Shown here: in pieces, positions 29,556 to 38,404 of the stretch | Position numbering within the stretch: the first letter of the stretch is position 1 | How the letters are laid out: the number at the start of each line of letters is the position of its first letter | IMG/VR virus record: IMGVR_UViG_3300016476_000468 | Coordinates: 103,913-167,912 of that record | Reading direction: 5' to 3' (one strand) | Length of the DNA: 64,000 bases | DNA from: a virus | Lineage: Duplodnaviria; Heunggongvirae; Uroviricota; Caudoviricetes | Notes under the pieces: generated by a model | Database searches by the model: none | What the model saw: the letters and a program-made list of their open reading frames with translations, nothing else | What the model was told of the DNA's origin: nothing | Translations under genes and position numbers: made by a program

Positions 29556-30044
29556 ATGTTGAAATTTGCTGACCTGACTCTGTCTCAAAAACGTTTCGTT
29601 GTGGCTCTTCTGGAAGCTAATCCCCAGTACAAAAAGGATCCACAGATCACTCTGAAAGAATGCGCTGCATTCTATTACGAGATGCGTGACCAACGCACTG
29701 GTGCTAAGGGTGAGAAGATCGGTTATCCTAACTGGCTCTTCAACAAGAACAAAGTTGAGCGTGGCGTGTACCAAGTACCTGTTCCCACTGCAACTGAACT
29801 GACTGCATTCGCCAAGGAAGTTGCTGCTAAAGCTGCTCCCAAAGCTACTGCTAAAGCAGCTAAGGCTACTGCAGCCAAAGTTGTAAAGGTTAAGCCTGTG
29901 ACGGCTGCTGCACCTGCAGCTGCACCTGCAGAGAAAACTCTGGAAGGCACTCGTCTCCAGAAAGTTATCGATGAATCCATTGCAATAGACGACGAAGTCG
30001 AAGACTTCAACCAGATCCTGCGTGAGAATGGCATCGAAGTCTAA
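29556..30044 (+). CDS. hypothetical protein with Ala/Lys-rich histone-H1-like low-complexity region
   Basis: AKAAPKATAKAAKATAAKVVKVKPVTAAAPAAAPA. Confidence 0.45.
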   Translation: MLKFADLTLSQKRFVVALLEANPQYKKDPQITLKECAAFYYEMRDQRTGAKGEKIGYPNWLFNKNKVERGVYQVPVPTATELTAFAKEVAAKAAPKATAKAAKATAAKVVKVKPVTAAAPAAAPAEKTLEGTRLQKVIDESIAIDDEVEDFNQILRENGIEV

Positions 30045-30057
30045 TTGATTCTTTTCC

Positions 30058-30100
30058 GCTGGCTGATGAGGGACGCCATCCCCTCATCGGCTCTTTTTCG
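30058..30100 (+). terminator. rho-independent terminator (GCTGATGAGGGGA / TCCCCTCATCGGC + T-run)
   Basis: Long GC-rich inverted repeat followed by TCTTTTTCGTTT. Confidence 0.7.
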
Positions 30101-30127
30101 TTTGATGGTTTTATAATGGAGAAATCT

Positions 30128-30391
30128 ATGTCTCGACAAGCAAAGTTGCTTTCCTACCTGAAGACTGGTGCTGAAGTTACTGCTCGCCAGATCCAAGGAT
30201 CTTTTGGTTTGAAGAATCCCCACGACGCAATTCACCAACTGCGTTCACAGGGTAACTGTATTTACTCTAACCGTTCTAAACTTGCTGATGGTACTTCTAC
30301 TATCAAGTACAAGATCGGTGCACCTAGCAAGCGTATGGTCCAGATCGCTAATGCGGTTCTCGGCGCTGACGCATTCATGGCTCGTCGTTAA
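30128..30391 (+). CDS. small basic protein, possible DNA-binding
   Basis: ORF; weak HTH-like segment. Confidence 0.35.
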   Translation: MSRQAKLLSYLKTGAEVTARQIQGSFGLKNPHDAIHQLRSQGNCIYSNRSKLADGTSTIKYKIGAPSKRMVQIANAVLGADAFMARR

Positions 30392-30443
30392 TCAGCCTAT
30401 GGGCATTCGATGAGTGCCCATTATCGGTTTAATGGAGAGAAAG

Positions 30444-30776
30444 ATGGCAACACTAGAAGAAGTAAAAGCATCCCAAAAAGCCACTACTGGTGGTCGAAAG
30501 TTTGATGGTGGTAAACTGCAGTATGGTTTGCTGCCACCCCTAGCATTGGCAGAGACCGTTAGGGTTCTGACCTTTGGAGCAGAGAAGTATGAGCCAGACA
30601 ATTGGAAGCAAGTACCCGATTCCAAGCGTCGTTACTTCGATGCATTGCAACGTCACCTGTGGGCTTACAAAGCAGGTGAAGAACTGGATCCCGAATCTGG
30701 TATCCACCATCTGGCGCATGCAATGTGCTGCCTGATGTTTCTTTATGAACACGATGTGAAATACTCTAAGGAATAA
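30444..30776 (+). CDS. phage dATP/dGTP pyrophosphohydrolase-like domain protein
   Basis: DGGKLQYGLLPP...FGAEKYEPDNW...HHLAH resembles dGTP-diphosphohydrolase N-terminal domain family. Confidence 0.45.
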   Translation: MATLEEVKASQKATTGGRKFDGGKLQYGLLPPLALAETVRVLTFGAEKYEPDNWKQVPDSKRRYFDALQRHLWAYKAGEELDPESGIHHLAHAMCCLMFLYEHDVKYSKE

Positions 30777-30777
30777 T

Positions 30778-31170
30778 ATGTTGTTTTGGAGAAAAACTGC
30801 TGATGACGGTATCGTCGGTAACTACGCTGATGCACTGAAGCGTATTAAAGAACTGGAAACCGAAAACAAGAATCTTTCTTATGCAGTAGATGCATACAAA
30901 AAGCGACTAGAAGATGAGTATTCCAAAGCCAGTTATTCAATTGATTGGAAAAAGATTAATGCTTTTTCTATCGAACGAATGTGGGACAATGGTACCCAAA
31001 AGACTGTGATTGGTTATATGCAACAAGATCCTGTCGTAACTACTGAGGGTGAAGGTGAGTCTAAAGTGACTTATAAAGATGTAGTTCGTGAGTGGACTCT
31101 GTACTGTACCCATGAGGAACACCAACGACTTGTTAAACAATTTAATGAATATGTGAAAGGTAATGAATAA
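30778..31170 (+). CDS. hypothetical protein
   Basis: ORF. Confidence 0.4.
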   Translation: MLFWRKTADDGIVGNYADALKRIKELETENKNLSYAVDAYKKRLEDEYSKASYSIDWKKINAFSIERMWDNGTQKTVIGYMQQDPVVTTEGEGESKVTYKDVVREWTLYCTHEEHQRLVKQFNEYVKGNE

Positions 31171-31418
31171 TGACACTGGCATCTGATGCAGATAAAAAGA
31201 AATTCCACGCAGCTATCGTGGAAATTAGTAACTCAATGACACGTATCGAAGCCGAACGTGACTTGATTAAAGAAACTGTGAAGGATCTTTCTGACAACTT
31301 CCAAGTACCTAAGAAGACTGTTAGCAAGATCGCAAAAACTTACCACAAACAAAACTTCTCTCAAGCTGTTGCTGAGAACGAAGAGTTTGAAGAACTGTAC
31401 GAAAAGGTTACAAAGTAA
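31170..31418 (+). CDS. hypothetical protein
   Basis: ORF, ATGA junction. Confidence 0.4.
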   Translation: MTLASDADKKKFHAAIVEISNSMTRIEAERDLIKETVKDLSDNFQVPKKTVSKIAKTYHKQNFSQAVAENEEFEELYEKVTK

Positions 31419-31594
31419 TGATTAAAATGCTGCTGGCATTTCTCATATCTTTTGGTATCTGTTGGTTCGGTATCAAAGGATACAGAGACTTGACTTTAAA
31501 GGATAAGTGGAGTCTAGCTAAACTTACTGGTTACAGTATCCTTTGTTCTACTCTGGCTATGGTTTTTCTCACTGTGTTTGTTATTTTGTTTTGA
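31418..31594 (+). CDS. small two-TM membrane protein (58 aa)
   Basis: Hydrophobic segments LLAFLISFGICWF and ILCSTLAMVFLTVFVILF. Confidence 0.35.
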   Translation: MIKMLLAFLISFGICWFGIKGYRDLTLKDKWSLAKLTGYSILCSTLAMVFLTVFVILF

Positions 31595-31604
31595 AAGGTA
31601 AATT

Positions 31605-32402
31605 ATGAAAAGCGTTCTGAAAATTTCTGCTCTGGTTGCTGCTGCTGTTCTGGCTACTGGTTGCACTCGTATCGAAACTGGTGAAGTCGGTGTTCGTGTT
31701 GGCTTTGATAAGCAAGTTAAACCTGGAGAGTTGCTCCCTGGATCCTTCAACCAAGTGCTGATCGGTGACGTTCTGACTTTCCCAGTCAAGGATGTTAACG
31801 TTAAACTTGATGATATGACTCCTGTTGCTAAAGACAACAGCACTATGAAAGACCTCGATGCTGTGGTTATCTACAACATCAACCAGCAACAAGTGGCTGA
31901 ACTATACAGTCAAAAGAGTCAAGCGTTCCACGCTAAACATCAAGGCGACATTTACCTGATGTATAACTACATCGTTCAAACTGCTCGTAATGCTATCTAC
32001 AAAGAAGCGCGTAAGTACGAAGCATTGGATATGGCAGATAATCGCCAAGCAATGGAACAAGCTGTTAAAGAAACTATCCAGAAAAGTCTTGCCGAAGAAA
32101 AACTGGATGGCAGTCTTGTTATCAGTCAGGTTCTGATCCGTAACGTTCAACCTGCTGACAGTGTTGTTGCCAGCGCCAACGAATTGGTTCGTGCTAAGAA
32201 CGAACTCAAGCAAAAGGAAGTTGAAGTGAAGACCGCCGAAGCTGAAGCTCGTCGTATGGCGGCACTGAGCAATCAAAGTGCCCAAAGTGTGCAGTTTATG
32301 CAGGCGCAAGCTATGCTGAACATTTCTGAAGGTATTAAGAATGGTAAGGTTCAAACTATCGTTGTTCCTGCTAACTTTAATGCCCTGATGATGCCAAAAT
32401 AA
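31605..32402 (+). CDS. SPFH (band-7/prohibitin)-domain lipoprotein
   Basis: Lipobox LATGC after signal peptide; GEVGVRVGFDKQ...VKDVNVKLDD SPFH-like core; C-terminal coiled coil. Confidence 0.55.
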   Translation: MKSVLKISALVAAAVLATGCTRIETGEVGVRVGFDKQVKPGELLPGSFNQVLIGDVLTFPVKDVNVKLDDMTPVAKDNSTMKDLDAVVIYNINQQQVAELYSQKSQAFHAKHQGDIYLMYNYIVQTARNAIYKEARKYEALDMADNRQAMEQAVKETIQKSLAEEKLDGSLVISQVLIRNVQPADSVVASANELVRAKNELKQKEVEVKTAEAEARRMAALSNQSAQSVQFMQAQAMLNISEGIKNGKVQTIVVPANFNALMMPK

Positions 32403-32426
32403 TTTTAACAAAAAGGAAATTGAATT

Positions 32427-32963
32427 ATGATGACAGTTGGAGATAAGATCGAGAAGTTTGTTGTTACTGGCGTAAACCCAGGAAGCGACCAGTTCTTTGA
32501 TATCACAGAAGAATCTTTCGCAGGTAAGTGGAAGATTATTGTTTACTACCCTAAGGATTTTACTTTCGTATGTCCTACTGAGATTGTTGCTTATGACAAA
32601 CTCTTTCAAGACTTTGCAGACCGTGATGCGGTTCTGTTGACTGGTTCTACAGACAATGAGTTCTGTAAGTTGGCTTGGCAGAAAGCCCACCCTGATCTGG
32701 CTAAGATCAAGCACATTCAGTTTGCTGACACTCAGCGTGAGTGGGACAAATCTCTGATCGACCAGCTTGGTGTGTTCTACAATCCTGCTGGTGCTGCACT
32801 TCGTGCCACTTTCATTGTTGACCCCGACAACGTTATCCAACACGTTACTGTCAACAACCTGAACGTTGGTCGTAGCCCAGAAGAAACCCTGCGTGTTCTT
32901 GACGCACTTCAGACTGGCGAACTGTGCGCTTGCAACCGTACTGTTGGTGGAGAAACTCTATAA
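32427..32963 (+). CDS. peroxiredoxin (AhpC/Prx1 family)
   Basis: FTFVCPTEI peroxidatic Cys motif; C-terminal Cys pair GELCAC. Confidence 0.8.
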   Translation: MMTVGDKIEKFVVTGVNPGSDQFFDITEESFAGKWKIIVYYPKDFTFVCPTEIVAYDKLFQDFADRDAVLLTGSTDNEFCKLAWQKAHPDLAKIKHIQFADTQREWDKSLIDQLGVFYNPAGAALRATFIVDPDNVIQHVTVNNLNVGRSPEETLRVLDALQTGELCACNRTVGGETL

Positions 32964-33469
32964 TGGCATTCATTGACGCTGTAAAACAAGCGTTGCCAGA
33001 TTACGCAAAGGACACCAAGCTAAACTTGGACGCTGTCCTTTTGCGTAGTTCTCTTGATGCTGATGAGGCTATGGGTTGTGCCGTAGCTGCATTGGCTGCA
33101 ACTGGTAACGGTAAACTGCTGGGTGTTTTGCTAGCAGACAATCCTGCAGACGCAAGTGCTGCAATGACTGCTGCAAGTCTAATGGCACAAAACAACGTTT
33201 GGTATCCTTACGTAGAAATGGCAGACGACGAACAACTGAAAGGTCTTCCTGCACAGTTGCGTATGAATGCTATTGCAACGCATGGTGGAACTACCAAAGA
33301 ACGTTTTGAGGCATACTCTCTTGCAGCATCTATCGTAGGTAAGTGCCACTTCTGCGTGAAGGCGCACTACGATGGTTTGAAGAAGATGGGTTATACTGTT
33401 GAACAATTGCGTGACATTGGGCGAATCGCTTCTGTGATGAACGCATGTGCAAAGGTTTTGAACTCTTAA
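32963..33469 (+). CDS. ahpD: AhpD-like alkylhydroperoxidase (carboxymuconolactone decarboxylase family)
   Basis: MAFIDAVKQALPDYAKD... N-terminus; catalytic CHFCVKAH (CxxC-H) motif. Confidence 0.7.
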   Translation: MAFIDAVKQALPDYAKDTKLNLDAVLLRSSLDADEAMGCAVAALAATGNGKLLGVLLADNPADASAAMTAASLMAQNNVWYPYVEMADDEQLKGLPAQLRMNAIATHGGTTKERFEAYSLAASIVGKCHFCVKAHYDGLKKMGYTVEQLRDIGRIASVMNACAKVLNS

Positions 33470-33545
33470 AAATAATTTGCCTGAAACCTAGTTTTCAGGT
33501 AAAATGTTTTATACATAGTAATGTGTTCATTTGAATGGAGAAAAT

Positions 33546-34202
33546 ATGAAACTTAGTAAAGAAACTGTCGGTCTGTTTAAGAACTTTGCTGGCATTAACA
33601 GCAACCTTCTTTTGAAGAGTGGCAACAAGCTGGCTACAATCAGCGCACAGAAAAACGTTATGGCTGACGCAACTGTTAGCGAATCCTTCCCTGACTTTGG
33701 CATCTACGACTTGAATGAGTTCTTGGGTGCAATGTCCTTGTTCGAGGATCCTGAGTTGGACTTCAGCGAGAAGTATGTTACCATCAAGCAAGGTAATATG
33801 AGCATCAAGTATTTCGCTGCTGATGCATCTGTTCTGACTGCTCCCCAAAAGAGCATCACCTTCCCTCAAGCTGAGATTGAGTTCACTATGACTGCAGCAA
33901 TGCTGAATATGGTTCACCGTACTGCATCTGTCTTGCGTGCCTCTGACTTGACTATCGTTGGCGATGGTACGACTGTTACTGCAGTTGTTGGTGACAAGAA
34001 GAACGCCACTGGCAACTCTTTCAGCGAGCCTGTTGGTTCAACCGATAAGACTTTCAAAGTTAACCTGAAAGTAGAAAACCTGAAAATGCTTCCAGGAGAT
34101 TATACAGTTAGCATCTCTAGCAAGAAAATCTCTCGCTTCAAGGGTGCTGGCGATCTAGTTTATTATGTAGCAGTCGAAGCAGATTCCACCTTTGACTTTT
34201 GA
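33546..34202 (+). CDS. gp45: sliding clamp gp45
   Basis: MKLSKETVGLFKNFAGINS...ALEADSTFDF vs recalled T4 gp45 MKLSKDTTALLKNFATINS...ALEADSTHDF. Confidence 0.9.
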   Translation: MKLSKETVGLFKNFAGINSNLLLKSGNKLATISAQKNVMADATVSESFPDFGIYDLNEFLGAMSLFEDPELDFSEKYVTIKQGNMSIKYFAADASVLTAPQKSITFPQAEIEFTMTAAMLNMVHRTASVLRASDLTIVGDGTTVTAVVGDKKNATGNSFSEPVGSTDKTFKVNLKVENLKMLPGDYTVSISSKKISRFKGAGDLVYYVAVEADSTFDF

Positions 34203-34207
34203 TTTAA

Positions 34208-34236
34208 GAGGGAGTATAATAACTCCCTCTCTTTTT
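34208..34236 (+). terminator. terminator hairpin GAGGGAGT-ATAATA-ACTCCCTC + T-run
   Basis: 8-bp stem followed by TCTTTTTGTT. Confidence 0.6.
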
Positions 34237-34250
34237 GTTATGGATGTATT

Positions 34251-34529
34251 ATGAACAAGCGAAAAGATCAAATTGCTAGAGTAGATCGAACGGTTTTACC
34301 GAAGAATGAAATTTACACGACTGACCTTTGGGGTAATAGAGTCACAAAGGTTGTGTGGTGTAGATATCATAAACGGTATGAAGACATTCGATTATTCTAT
34401 AAGGAAAGTTCCTCAAAAGCAAAACACGAGAATCAAGTTCGATCTATGTGTATTGAAGCGTGGGATTTGACCAATGGTAAGATTAATTGGCAACAATCTG
34501 AACCAGCAAGTTTGATAGAATTTATTTGA
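34251..34529 (+). CDS. hypothetical protein
   Basis: ORF. Confidence 0.4.
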   Translation: MNKRKDQIARVDRTVLPKNEIYTTDLWGNRVTKVVWCRYHKRYEDIRLFYKESSSKAKHENQVRSMCIEAWDLTNGKINWQQSEPASLIEFI

Positions 34530-34543
34530 TAGGAATAGTGATT

Positions 34544-35494
34544 ATGGATATTCGTGATGGACAGTTTCTGTGGGTTGAGAAGTATCGCCCTCAAACTATT
34601 GATGATTGTATTCTTCCTGAACGTCTGAAAAAGACTTTCAAGGACTATGTGGCGCAGGGTGAACTGCCACATATGCTACTGTGCGGTACTGCTGGTGTAG
34701 GTAAAACTACTATCGCCAAAGCGCTGTGTAATGAGATTGGCGCAGAGTATATCGTTCTTAACGGCTCTGATACTGGCGGTCATATCGACACTCTGCGAGA
34801 TCTAGTCAAAGGTTTCGCCACTTCTGTTTCCCTTACTGATGCCAAGAAGGTTATCATTATGGATGAGGCAGACTATATGCAGGCAAACTCTACGCAACCT
34901 GCCTTGCGTAACTATATGGAAGAGTTTTCTGCTAACTGCCGTTTCATCTTTACTTGTAACTACAAGCAGAAGATTATTGAACCTCTCCACAGCCGTTGCG
35001 CCGTAATTGAGTTCAAGATCGACTCTGCTGACAAGCCTAAGATCGCTGCTGCATTCTATCGTCGTGCCGTAGATATCCTTACTGCCGAACAGGTAGAGTT
35101 TGACTCTAAGGTTGTAGCCGAACTTATTACCAAACACTTTCCTGACTGGCGTCGTGTGCTGAACGAACTTCAGCGTTACAGCGTTTCTGGTAAGATTGAT
35201 ACTGGTATCCTTGCTAACCTTAGCGAAGACTCTTATAACTCTCTGGTATCGGCTTTAAAGAGTCGTGACTACCCAGCTGTACGTAAGTGGGTTGGTAAGA
35301 ACACTGACATCGATACAATCGAACTGTTCCGTGAGTTGTATGACACTGCCAGCGAAAAGATTGAACCTGCTACGATTCCTAATCTGGTTCTAATCCTCGC
35401 CGACTATCAGTACAAGGCTGCTTTCGTCGCAGACCACGAGCTAAATACTATGGCTGCACTAACCGAAGTTATGATGCAGTGCAAGTTCAAGTGA
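34544..35494 (+). CDS. gp44: clamp loader large subunit gp44 (RFC-like AAA+)
   Basis: WVEKYRP, GTAGVGKTT Walker A, IIMDEAD Walker B, SRC motif. Confidence 0.85.
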   Translation: MDIRDGQFLWVEKYRPQTIDDCILPERLKKTFKDYVAQGELPHMLLCGTAGVGKTTIAKALCNEIGAEYIVLNGSDTGGHIDTLRDLVKGFATSVSLTDAKKVIIMDEADYMQANSTQPALRNYMEEFSANCRFIFTCNYKQKIIEPLHSRCAVIEFKIDSADKPKIAAAFYRRAVDILTAEQVEFDSKVVAELITKHFPDWRRVLNELQRYSVSGKIDTGILANLSEDSYNSLVSALKSRDYPAVRKWVGKNTDIDTIELFRELYDTASEKIEPATIPNLVLILADYQYKAAFVADHELNTMAALTEVMMQCKFK

Positions 35495-35501
35495 GGTTGC
35501 T

Positions 35502-35825
35502 ATGGAAGGATTACTTTTAGTTCTTGGTATTTTTCTAGTAGGTCTTCTTTGTGGATGGAATCTGCGTGAGCACGCCGCACGTAGATTTGTAGATAAATTT
35601 TTGGAAGAGAACCTAGAGGATCTACAACGACAAGCTGGAGAGCATTCGGTTAATATTATCATCGAAAAGCACGGTGAGATGTATTATGTCTTCCAAAAAG
35701 AAGATAGTTCTTTTATGGCACAGGGTAAGACTCGTAGCGAATTAGAAAGCGCACTGGCTAAAAACCATCCAGGAAAACGATTCTTTGCTACTCCAGAAAA
35801 TCTAAAAGAAGTGGGGTTTAAATAA
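35502..35825 (+). CDS. hypothetical protein with N-terminal TM helix
   Basis: ORF. Confidence 0.35.
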   Translation: MEGLLLVLGIFLVGLLCGWNLREHAARRFVDKFLEENLEDLQRQAGEHSVNIIIEKHGEMYYVFQKEDSSFMAQGKTRSELESALAKNHPGKRFFATPENLKEVGFK

Positions 35826-35826
35826 T

Positions 35827-36015
35827 ATGATGAAAATTTTGAGCGAATTCCAAGAGGGAACACGTAACGCTAAAGTTTATAAGACTGCCAATGGCGATTA
35901 TGGTGTTATTGTGTATGATGCCCAAGACGACTTCAATGGTTTTGATTCATTTGATGTATTAGAACTAGCCGAGAATTTTGCAGAAGATTGGGTGACTGGA
36001 CATGTCTCCATTTGA
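35827..36015 (+). CDS. hypothetical small protein
   Basis: ORF. Confidence 0.3.
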   Translation: MMKILSEFQEGTRNAKVYKTANGDYGVIVYDAQDDFNGFDSFDVLELAENFAEDWVTGHVSI

Positions 36016-36385
36016 TTTTGTAAATGCAATCAACTTCAAGAAGAATCTTCTAGCAGAAGACCCGCAAGCAGAAAAGGAGTACGACAAAGGTAAGTGGATC
36101 GTTAACAAAGCATACAGTTATTTTCCAGATACTATTATGCCAGCCAATGCTATGAATGAGCGTTGGTCTATTCCAGCTAAGTGGCAATTTCACTTTTTCC
36201 TAAATACAATTACAAAAGGCAAGCGCCGAAGCGATTGGGTCAAAAAAGAACCTACCACTGAGGCGCTAAAACTTGTAAAAGAGTATTTTGGCTATTCAAG
36301 CGAGAGGGCGAGGGAAGCGTTGAGCATCCTTTCCGAAGAAGACTTGAAAGTGATAGAAGAAAAATTATATAAAGGTGGAAAATAA
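36002..36385 (+). CDS. gp62: clamp loader small subunit gp62-like
   Basis: Position between gp44 and regA; FDFVNAINFKK / YFPDTIMPANAMN resemble T4 gp62 (FFEIIGAINNK / QFPECMPAVYAMN). Confidence 0.55.
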   Translation: MSPFDFVNAINFKKNLLAEDPQAEKEYDKGKWIVNKAYSYFPDTIMPANAMNERWSIPAKWQFHFFLNTITKGKRRSDWVKKEPTTEALKLVKEYFGYSSERAREALSILSEEDLKVIEEKLYKGGK

Positions 36386-36804
36386 TGTCTGTAGAGATGA
36401 TTTACTACGACTGGACGCCCGAGTCCATGCTTGAAGTGACCCTGCCAGAACCTGACAATTTCTTAAAGGTTCGAGAGACTCTTACTCGCATCGGCATCGC
36501 ATCCAGAAAAGAAAACAAATTGTATCAATCCTGCCACATCTTACACAAGCAGGGTAGATATTTCATCGTCCATTTTAAAGAACTATTTGCTTTGGACGGA
36601 AAAGAATCGAATATCACTAGCGGTGATATCGAGAGACGAAACGCTATCGCTGGTTTGCTAGCTGACTGGGATCTATTAAAGATTCTAAATACTCAGCAGG
36701 CAGAACAAAAGGCGTCTCTGTCTCAAATCAAAGTGGTCTCTTACAAAGAAAAAGACCAATGGGAACTTGTGCCAAAATATAATATTGGGAAAAAGGTAAA
36801 ATGA
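36385..36804 (+). CDS. regA: translational repressor RegA
   Basis: FLKVRETLTRIGIASRKENKLYQSCHILHKQGRYFIVHFKE vs T4 FLKVKETLTRMGIANNKDKVLYQSCHILQKKGLYYIVHFKE; WELVPKYNIG. Confidence 0.9.
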   Translation: MSVEMIYYDWTPESMLEVTLPEPDNFLKVRETLTRIGIASRKENKLYQSCHILHKQGRYFIVHFKELFALDGKESNITSGDIERRNAIAGLLADWDLLKILNTQQAEQKASLSQIKVVSYKEKDQWELVPKYNIGKKVK

Positions 36805-36971
36805 TTAAACTTGAATTGACTATTGAAGAAGTAAACACTATTCTGCGTTCACTGGGTAAGCACCCATTTGATGAGATCGCTAACCTAATCGTAAAGATTA
36901 AGCAACAAGGTGAACCACAAGTTGCCGAATTGCAAAAACAACTTGAAGCAGCAAGCGCACCTGCTGCCTAA
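36801..36971 (+). CDS. small hypothetical protein (56 aa)
   Basis: ATGA-coupled ORF after regA. Confidence 0.3.
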   Translation: MIKLELTIEEVNTILRSLGKHPFDEIANLIVKIKQQGEPQVAELQKQLEAASAPAA

Positions 36972-37129
36972 ATAGTATTATCCCTCGGGATGGGAACGTA
37001 AAGACTCTACTACCTTAGGAGCGTCTAAGGCTGGCACTACGATAAGGTGTCCCTGTACCACAGTAAGCAGGATTGACTACGCCGAACGGGTAGTCGCATT
37101 TTATTAACTCGCTTAACAAGGAGAAAACT

Positions 37130-37633
37130 ATGAAGCAATTCATTCCTGCATTCTTTTCGCAAGATGCATTCAAAGATATCGACAAACTCTTTTTGGGTTT
37201 CGATGACCAATTCAAGCGCATGCAAGCACTGCACGACGACTTGACAAAAAACATTCCAAATTATCCTCCATTCAATGTCCGTAAAAACGGTAACACTTAT
37301 ACATTGGAGATCGCTGTTGCTGGTTTCTCACAAAACGAAATCGACATCACAATTGAAGGTGGTAAGCTAATCGTTAAAGGTAACTCTGAGTCTGTAGAAC
37401 CAGATGAGAACTTTGTTTTCAAGGGTATCGCAAACCGTGCATTCACTCGTGCATGGGCTATCGGCGACACTTATGAAGTCAAAGACGCAGAGTTGTTCAA
37501 CGGCATTCTAAAAATTGCACTAGACAAGTTAGTTCCAGAAGAGCAAAAGGCTAAGAAGGTTCCAGTCAAGGCAGGTAAAGGAAAGCAATTCCTTACTGAG
37601 GAGGACAAAGATGAACTTTCTTCTCGCTTGTAA
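37130..37633 (+). CDS. small heat-shock protein (Hsp20/alpha-crystallin family)
   Basis: Alpha-crystallin core PPFNVRKNGNTYTLEIAVAGFSQNEIDITIEGGKLIVKG. Confidence 0.75.
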   Translation: MKQFIPAFFSQDAFKDIDKLFLGFDDQFKRMQALHDDLTKNIPNYPPFNVRKNGNTYTLEIAVAGFSQNEIDITIEGGKLIVKGNSESVEPDENFVFKGIANRAFTRAWAIGDTYEVKDAELFNGILKIALDKLVPEEQKAKKVPVKAGKGKQFLTEEDKDELSSRL

Positions 37634-37902
37634 AGAACTGTTTCGTGATGTTTTTCGTGATAGAACAACTACGCTAGAGCAATTTATTAAGTCACGTAAT
37701 CCTCAAACTGCAAATCAAGTAGAGCAGCTAGAGCGTGAGTATTACGCTAAACGTCAAAGGGGTACAATGGTATGAACCAATGGATTCCAATGACAGACGA
37801 GGATTGGGATTGGGTGAACGGAAAGGTTCCGCCAAACCCTGCTGACAAAAAATAAATCGTCGTAGAAACTTAGGGAGGCTTTTGTCTCCCTAAATAATTT
37901 CT

Positions 37903-38106
37903 ATGATGAGAGCAAAACTATCACCCAACCTAATATCCTTCGTCTTAGTGCGAAGAGGGGATTGGTATCTCAAAGTGTCTGTTTACAAAAACAAATACAT
38001 TATGGTCTTAGCCCAGCATGTCTTTGATATGGAACATACTATTATTCGTTTCTTCTTGGACCAAAACCAAGCAGCTGATTTTATTGAACAACTCGTAGAG
38101 GCATAA
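37903..38106 (+). CDS. hypothetical protein
   Basis: ORF preceded by hairpin TAGGGAG...CTCCCTA and CTAAATAAT motif. Confidence 0.35.
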   Translation: MMRAKLSPNLISFVLVRRGDWYLKVSVYKNKYIMVLAQHVFDMEHTIIRFFLDQNQAADFIEQLVEA

Positions 38107-38400
38107 ATGGATATTAAAGTTTTTAAATTGATCAACGGTGAAGAAGTGATCAGTGAAGTTAGTTCTGGCTCTGAAGCTGGATACTTCTTAGAGAATCCTG
38201 CATCAATTCAACTACAACAAACTGCAAATGGCGTCGGTGTGGGTATTGCCCCATATATGCCATACGCTAAGGGTAAGGTTTATCTTTACAAACACTCAAT
38301 CGCCAGTGAAGCTACTGCTGACGAAAAGATGGAAAATGAATATCGTAGAATTTTCGGCTCAGGTATTCAAGTAGTCTCGGCTGGCTCCATCAAGCTGTAA
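38107..38400 (+). CDS. hypothetical protein
   Basis: ORF. Confidence 0.4.
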   Translation: MDIKVFKLINGEEVISEVSSGSEAGYFLENPASIQLQQTANGVGVGIAPYMPYAKGKVYLYKHSIASEATADEKMENEYRRIFGSGIQVVSAGSIKL

Positions 38401-38404
38401 TCCA

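Noticed and set aside
36965-37129. tRNA gene in the large intergenic gap
   Set aside because: No acceptor-stem, D-loop GG or T-loop GTTCRANYC arrangement could be found by eye. Left as a structured leader.
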